In this document: piece by piece, positions 59,516 through 64,000 of the stretch | How positions within the stretch are numbered: position 1 is the first letter of the stretch | Layout: the number at the start of each line of letters is the position of its first letter | Source of the DNA: an uncultured Gammaproteobacteria bacterium | GTDB taxonomy: Bacteria; Patescibacteriota; Patescibacteriia; JAHIZJ01 | Assembly (NCBI GenBank): GCA_964594455.1 | Contig: CAZQLY010000006.1 | Span: 8,629-72,628, forward strand | Reading direction: 5' to 3' | DNA: 64,000 nt | Made by a program: the position numbers and the translations under genes | The notes under the pieces: model-generated | What the model was told of the DNA's origin: nothing | Databases searched by the model: none | What the model saw: only the letters and a program-made list of their open reading frames with translations

Positions 59516-60340
59516 TTATTTGAGGTATTGATCAACAAGTGCCTCGGTGGCTTCAATGTCAGGTACCCAGTAGTAAAGATTAGCGTCGAACTCGGGCGTG
59601 TAGATATAGTCTCCTTGACCGGGAATAAAGTCGTTATAAGTATTGGCTAGATCAAACCTGCCCCAACGTCTTGTATAAGCAGCCAGACCAAATTTAAAGG
59701 CGGCTAGTTTACTGTATTTCAGCCGAGTCTGAGAATGGTCTTGAAAAAAGCTGTAAAGATTTTTAGCTTCTGCCATGTTAGTTACTTTGTGACCTAATTC
59801 CAGGAAAATCTCTCTTTGATCTTGGGTCCGGGCAAAGTCGCCGCCAGCTCTATAGCGATCACGTACCACCTTCAAAGCGGCTTCACCATCCAGATGACCG
59901 TCTTCAGTATCAACGCCACCTAGCTCATCAACCAGGTCTTTGAAGCTTTCAAATGTGAATTCGACTGTGGCGTGGATTTTTATATCCAGAAAATCCTCCA
60001 CAGTTTCTTTGGTCAGATCAACGCTTCCCAGAATATCGTTTTCCCGCTCACCCAAGGCATAAGCATGAGTTATTTTCTGCATACCAAAATCTGCCATTTC
60101 AACCTTAGTGTCTCGAGGAATCGTTATTAAGCTTAGAGGTTGGTTGGGAGATTTCGGAACAGAAAACACCATGAGAACATCGGAACGAGCTTGTTCGGTC
60201 TCGCGCTGGTCGGATCCTATTATCAGTACGTTGTATTTGCTGGGAGCGGTGAAATAAAACCAAGCGAAAATAACAAGAATAGTTATTATTAACAGCAGGA
60301 CGATTAAAATGACTATTTTTGCTGGTTTGGGTATAAGCAC
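59516..60340 (-). CDS. LytR-CpsA-Psr (LCP) family cell-envelope phosphotransferase
   Basis: N-terminal TM helix. LCP core LIIGSDQRE...SDVLMV...ITIPRDT...LGGVD. Confidence 0.8.
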   Translation of the reverse strand: MLIPKPAKIVILIVLLLIITILVIFAWFYFTAPSKYNVLIIGSDQRETEQARSDVLMVFSVPKSPNQPLSLITIPRDTKVEMADFGMQKITHAYALGERENDILGSVDLTKETVEDFLDIKIHATVEFTFESFKDLVDELGGVDTEDGHLDGEAALKVVRDRYRAGGDFARTQDQREIFLELGHKVTNMAEAKNLYSFFQDHSQTRLKYSKLAAFKFGLAAYTRRWGRFDLANTYNDFIPGQGDYIYTPEFDANLYYWVPDIEATEALVDQYLK

Positions 60341-60343
60341 TCG

Positions 60344-60754
60344 TTAGTCTCCAATTACTGTAATAGTAATTTTACGTTTAGGTCTGGGGCCATCAAATTC
60401 TGCCAGAAAAATATTTTGCCAAGTACCAAGCTGAATTTGGCCTCTAGTGACAACATAGGACTGATTTTGCCCAATCACTCCTGACAGTAAATGAGCGGAC
60501 GCATTATTATCAATTCGGTCATGTTCAAAAGGACCGTCGTGTTCAATTGTCTTAAAAAGGTTAATAAAATCATTTCTCAAACCCGATTCATTTTCATTAC
60601 TTAAGATCGAAGCTGTAGAATGAGCGACCGAAACGTTGCACAAACCAATCCATATTTTTGCAACATTAACAACTTTGACTACTGAATCAGTAATATCAAT
60701 AAGTTCCCTTTGGGAGCTGGTAGACAACACTAAGTTTTTTTGGAAACTGGCCAT
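60344..60754 (-). CDS. YjbQ/UPF0047 family protein (secondary thiamine-phosphate synthase-like)
   Basis: LGTWQNIFLAEFDGPRPKRKITITVIGD C-terminal family signature, 136 aa. Confidence 0.75.
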   Translation of the reverse strand: MASFQKNLVLSTSSQRELIDITDSVVKVVNVAKIWIGLCNVSVAHSTASILSNENESGLRNDFINLFKTIEHDGPFEHDRIDNNASAHLLSGVIGQNQSYVVTRGQIQLGTWQNIFLAEFDGPRPKRKITITVIGD

Positions 60755-60856
60755 TTGATCCTTATAAGAATATCGTGATTATTATACTGGTTTGTCGATT
60801 GTTTGAGAAGTGTTTTGTTATTAGTAACCCGCCTCCGGTCAGCAACACCCCTCATC

Positions 60857-60881
60857 GTCATGCCGGACCGGGATCCGGCAT
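60857..60881. repeat. GC-rich palindromic element, copy B (the outer stem only)
   Basis: GTCATGCCGGA-CCGGGA-TCCGGCATC. Same GTCATGCCG(A/G)A terminus as copy A, inside a GC-rich patch at 60827-60895. Confidence 0.5.
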
Positions 60882-60976
60882 CTCAAATATCCGCCTAAGT
60901 TATTTACGGAGACTAAAGATTACGTAATATTGTTATGATTCATACTTTTAGTCCCTCTCAAATAATACCTCTAGGT

Positions 60977-61011
60977 AAATAAAAATGCGCCGATCTATAG
61001 AAGATCGGCGC
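60977..61011 (-). terminator. Rho-independent terminator of the GC-rich secreted-protein gene (10-bp stem GCGCCGATCT / AGATCGGCGC)
   Basis: Stem 60987-61011. Minus-strand T-run is the complement of AAATAAAAAT. Confidence 0.55.
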
Positions 61012-61027
61012 GGACCGTGGAGTATTG

Positions 61028-61543
61028 CTAGCAGCGCATGACGGTCCGGAGTACCCGGGTGACCTCGGCGACATCGTTGGCCGTCCTCGCGCTCGACTGG
61101 GCCGCATTGTTGACCGTGCAGCAATCGCGCGCATTCACCTGGATCCTTCCCGAGTTGTTGGCGACATCGTAGTTCTTGGCGATGAGGGCCGCGCTATTGA
61201 CCGCGTCGTCGATGTAGCAGCCGGAGCGCGCGTTCGCCTCGATCTTGACTTGGTGAACCGCGCACATGGTCTCGTGGGCGCAGGTCCGTCCGCTGATTTC
61301 TTCGTAATTGAGATTCTCGATCCTCGTCTGGGCCGCGTCGAAACGGAAATCGGCCGCCATGATCGGGCTGGCCTTGTTGGCGATCGCCTCGACGTTGCTG
61401 TTCTCCACGACTTGCTCGTTCAGCATCGCGATCTGCGGGGTCGTGGCGAGCTCCGCCTTCTCGACCGCCATCGCGCTTCCGGAAATGAACAGGATCGCCA
61501 GAACGGCGATCAGTGGAACAAGGGGCCAGAGTCTTCTCATCAT
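61028..61543 (-). CDS. Hypothetical secreted Cys-containing protein (171 aa) in a very GC-rich island
   Basis: GC about 62-65 %. Perfect SD AAGGAGG 4-7 nt before ATGATG. Signal peptide MMRRLWPLVPLIAVLAILFISGSAMA/VEK. Six Cys. Own terminator. The two plus-strand ORFs and one minus-strand ORF overlapping this island are taken as shadows. Confidence 0.6.
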   Translation of the reverse strand: MMRRLWPLVPLIAVLAILFISGSAMAVEKAELATTPQIAMLNEQVVENSNVEAIANKASPIMAADFRFDAAQTRIENLNYEEISGRTCAHETMCAVHQVKIEANARSGCYIDDAVNSAALIAKNYDVANNSGRIQVNARDCCTVNNAAQSSARTANDVAEVTRVLRTVMRC

Positions 61544-61608
61544 CGTTCCTCCTTGAGTTGGAGAGACAACCAGCGCATGTGTCTACCACCGTTGTACCAC
61601 GAAAGCAT

Positions 61609-61635
61609 AAAAAAACAGCCTTCGAAATTAGGCTA
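61609..61635 (-). terminator. Hairpin plus T7 terminator downstream of xseB
   Basis: AGCCT...AGGCT stem. The minus strand reads ...AGGCTGTTTTTTT. Confidence 0.4.
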
Positions 61636-61688
61636 ACATAAAAACATAAACATAAATTAGGCAAGTCCTAAACTTTTTTATGAGTATT

Positions 61689-61940
61689 TTAAATGATAGT
61701 TTCGTCTTCTGACTCGTCTGTATCCTTCAAATCTTTGGAGAACTTTTTCTTAATAATCTCTACTTTATTTTCCACTTCAGATATTTTCTTCTTCAGCTCT
61801 TGAGCCAAAGCTAACCCCCGTTCGAATTGCTCAAGACCTTTATCAAGGTTAACTTCACCCGACTCCAATTGGTCAACGATTTGTTCTAACTCTTTAAATT
61901 GTTGTTCAAAGCTTTTGGTAGTGGTAGTTTTTTTTGGCAT
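61689..61940 (-). CDS. xseB: Exodeoxyribonuclease VII small subunit
   Basis: 83 aa coiled-coil. QQFKELEQIVDQLESGEVNLDKGLEQFERGLAL XseB signature. Confidence 0.85.
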   Translation of the reverse strand: MPKKTTTTKSFEQQFKELEQIVDQLESGEVNLDKGLEQFERGLALAQELKKKISEVENKVEIIKKKFSKDLKDTDESEDETII

Positions 61941-61941
61941 A

Positions 61942-63198
61942 TTATTCCTTGTTAGTTATTTTTGAATCAAATTGTCCTTGGGATAATTTAGTTGTCACTT
62001 TTTGGTTTAACTCCAGCTCGCTGCTTGATTTAATAATTTTTCCATCAGCGGATAAGGTCATCGAATAGCCCCGAGCCAGAACCCGCTCTGGGTTCAGCGA
62101 CTTTAGCAGGTTGTGCAGGCTGCTGAGTTTTTCTTGGGCTCGTTTTACGTTTGTCGTAATGTTGAGCGCTAGTCGGTCGGAACGTTCAGAAACTTTTGTT
62201 CTAAAATATTCCATATTTTGGAGATAGAGCCAGAAGTTTTTTTGCAGAGTAGCTTTTAGATCATGAAAGAGCTGAATTTTATTACGGAAAACTGTTTCAA
62301 TCCGTCTCACAGAATCATTCGTTCTGTCGTCGTGGGTTTGTAATTGATTTAGTAAAGAATCTTCAGCTTGCTTGAGCAAGGTGTTTATTTCAAAAATTAT
62401 TTCTCTGCGATCGGGCACCACGCGTTCGGCAGCGTTTGATGGGGTGGAAGCTCGAACATCTGCCACTAAATCGGCAATAGTAATATCACGCTCGTGTCCT
62501 ACGGCGCAAACCACCGGGATTCTTGAGCTGAAAACTGCCCGGGCCACCTCTTCCGAATTAAAAGCCTGGAGGTCTTCCAGTGAACCGCCGCCTCGGGTCA
62601 GAATTATAACTGATGGTTTGATGACCTGATTTTGGTATTCAATAGCTCCGACTATTTGATTAATAGCTTCTTGGCCTTGAACCCCGGTGGGAGTAAGCCT
62701 GATTTCCAAATTGCCCCAGCGGTTGTTAAGAATTCTCAGTACATCAGTATAGGCAGCGGCGTCTGGTGAAGTGACCAAACCAATTGTTTCTGGGAAGCGA
62801 GGAATAGCTCTTTTGCGTTCCGGCGCAAACAATCCTTCTTTTTCCAACTTCTTTTTTAGAAGTTCAAACGCTCTTTGGAGAGCGCCTTCACCCACTGGTT
62901 CTACTTTTTGTACCCGCATATGAAAACGTCCAGAGTTTTGAAACAGAGAAGGATAGCCGGTTACCTTAACCTCCATCCCGTCTTCGATCGCTGTTTGCAG
63001 CTGCCATTTCATCATGAAGCAGGTAACTCGGGATTGCTTGTCTTTTAGTTCGAAAAATACCAGTTTTTCTTTGGCAATATTAAAGCCAGAAATTTCTCCC
63101 TGAACTACAACTTGCCCCACTGCGGTTTGCAAATGGGTCTTTACTATAGTAACGAATTCACTAACGCTTAGGGTTTTGTCTAGTGTTTGATTCGTCAT
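61942..63198 (-). CDS. xseA: Exodeoxyribonuclease VII large subunit
   Basis: N-terminal OB fold, 418 aa. Adjacent xseB with a 1-nt gap. Confidence 0.9.
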   Translation of the reverse strand: MTNQTLDKTLSVSEFVTIVKTHLQTAVGQVVVQGEISGFNIAKEKLVFFELKDKQSRVTCFMMKWQLQTAIEDGMEVKVTGYPSLFQNSGRFHMRVQKVEPVGEGALQRAFELLKKKLEKEGLFAPERKRAIPRFPETIGLVTSPDAAAYTDVLRILNNRWGNLEIRLTPTGVQGQEAINQIVGAIEYQNQVIKPSVIILTRGGGSLEDLQAFNSEEVARAVFSSRIPVVCAVGHERDITIADLVADVRASTPSNAAERVVPDRREIIFEINTLLKQAEDSLLNQLQTHDDRTNDSVRRIETVFRNKIQLFHDLKATLQKNFWLYLQNMEYFRTKVSERSDRLALNITTNVKRAQEKLSSLHNLLKSLNPERVLARGYSMTLSADGKIIKSSSELELNQKVTTKLSQGQFDSKITNKE

Positions 63199-63335
63199 TT
63201 TTTGCCTATTCGTTTGACAAGCTCCTCGATTCTTTTGTCCTGTTCTTTGATGTCACTAATTTCACGCCGGATTCTGGATTTCTCTCGGCGGAGATATTTT
63301 CGTATTCCTTTGCTGAGTCTTTTCGATCTGGACAT
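63195..63335 (-). CDS. Small basic protein (46 aa, MSRSKRLSKGIRKYLRREKSRIRREISDIKEQDKRIEELVKRIGKK), translationally coupled to xseA. Not in the ORF track (under 60 aa)
   Basis: Stop TGA overlaps the xseA ATG (ATGA). Extended -10 TGTATAAT ends 7 nt before its ATG, suggesting a leaderless mRNA. Confidence 0.4.
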   Translation of the reverse strand: MSRSKRLSKGIRKYLRREKSRIRREISDIKEQDKRIEELVKRIGKK

Positions 63336-63395
63336 ATTGTGTATTATACAGAAAAACATAAATAATAAAAGCAACCGCGTTTGATAATGTTGGCG

Positions 63396-63506
63396 TTGTT
63401 GTCATTCTGAACTTGATTCAGAATCCCATTACTATGCTACTCGGGACCCCGCATCACCCGCCTCGCCCGATGAGCCGGGCGAGTCGAGGCGGGAGTGCGG
63501 GATGAC
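63396..63506. repeat. GC-rich nested palindromic element, copy C
   Basis: Left TTGTTGTCAT + hairpin ATTCTGAA/TTCAGAAT. Long imperfect hairpin CCCGCATCACCCGCCTCG...CGAGGCGGGAGTGCGGGATGACAG. Core is the reverse complement of copy A. TGTCAT/ATGACA terminal inverted repeat. Confidence 0.6.
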
Positions 63507-63526
63507 AGTTACGCGGCTGCTTTAAC

Positions 63527-63730
63527 TTATCTTTTCTCGACCGAATAGGTTGAAGTTTTTTTGTCCCAGACCAATGTGTAATCTATGTAGTTATGCTCGA
63601 ACTTGGCTGGACCATACATGCGGGCTTCGCGCAGAAGCACTTTTGCCTCGCCGGCATCAAGATGGTCTAAGTAGGCAACAGCCTTATCATCACCCTTTAT
63701 CAGATAGCCATTTACTCTAGCTGAAGACAT
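63527..63730 (-). CDS. Hypothetical small protein (67 aa)
   Basis: Compact ORF in native AT-rich sequence. No recognisable motif. Confidence 0.35.
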   Translation of the reverse strand: MSSARVNGYLIKGDDKAVAYLDHLDAGEAKVLLREARMYGPAKFEHNYIDYTLVWDKKTSTYSVEKR

Positions 63731-64000
63731 AATATTTTAAGTTATTTTGTTAATAATTATCTATATTTTTAAATTAGCAAACAGAGCAAGAAAAGTCCAT
63801 AAGTAGTAAAGTAAAAAAGCGCGTGATAGATACCACATTCTTTTTATAACCCACAACGCTGACTGGGTGAAAGGTTGACTTATTGCATTAAAACTCTTCG
63901 GAATTCCCCGATCGCCACCTGTCTTTATTTGCAGGGCATGTATCATAGCCTGGGTTGTCATAAACCCATCTCCAGTCAAAAAGACTTCCGCACCATCGAT

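Noticed and set aside
61025-61664. Three additional long ORFs in the very GC-rich island: 61025-61636 (+), 61194-61664 (-) and 61308-61556 (+)
   Set aside because: High GC keeps all frames open. Only the minus-strand 61028-61543 frame has an SD, a signal peptide and a matching terminator. The others are treated as shadow ORFs.
1-64000. tRNA, rRNA, tmRNA, RNase P and SRP RNA genes
   Set aside because: I scanned intergenic regions for T-loop (GGTTCGAATCC-like), RNase P P4 (GGAAAGTCCGG) and SRP domain IV motifs. None convincingly present. The only candidate structured RNA is the 30422-30745 unit, left unclassified.

Overview
This is a 64 kb AT-rich (about 40 % GC by eye), gene-dense bacterial segment with nearly all sequence coding. 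The gene content suggests a Candidate Phyla Radiation / Patescibacteria-like genome; this is inference from the sequence only, since no database search was possible. The suggestive features are two giant tail-fibre-like secreted proteins, three tandem T4SS-pilin-like small proteins, a lone sugar-binding protein and a reduced core.

Core genes:
- An rpoB-rpoC-ftsK-rodZ-recA block, all on the minus strand.
- rpsF-ssb-rpsR-efp, ychF, glyA-folD, ruvC-yebC and xseA-xseB.
- A suf iron-sulphur assembly operon (Rrf2 regulator, sufC, sufB, sufD, sufS, sufU), a tRNA-dihydrouridine synthase, and a superoxide dismutase with a 2-Cys peroxiredoxin.

Accessory and notable content:
- An alpha-glucan cluster: two GlgA paralogs sharing a 55-nt identical patch, two GH57 paralogs (one with a C-terminal UvrB/C-type UVR motif), an APH-like kinase and a GalT-like HIT enzyme.
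- A membrane protein carrying a Kunitz/BPTI-like six-cysteine domain plus thrombospondin-type-3-like Ca-binding motifs.
- A subtilase with FG-GAP repeats, followed by a Mur-ligase family protein that lacks the N-terminal domain, followed by two paralogous giant surface proteins. Together these sit upstream of rpoBC.
- At least four GC-rich islands (about 58-65 % GC) in intergenic spaces. Each carries a consensus AGGAGG ribosome-binding site, an unknown ORF and its own hairpin terminator. One sits directly downstream of a truncated tyrosine-recombinase gene at the window edge.
- A family of GC-rich nested palindromic elements (copies A, B and C) in the 59-63.5 kb region.
- A near-consensus promoter/terminator pair bracketing a roughly 320-nt unit downstream of ychF, which may be a structured ncRNA or a 58-aa protein gene.

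No rRNA, tRNA or CRISPR array was recognised.
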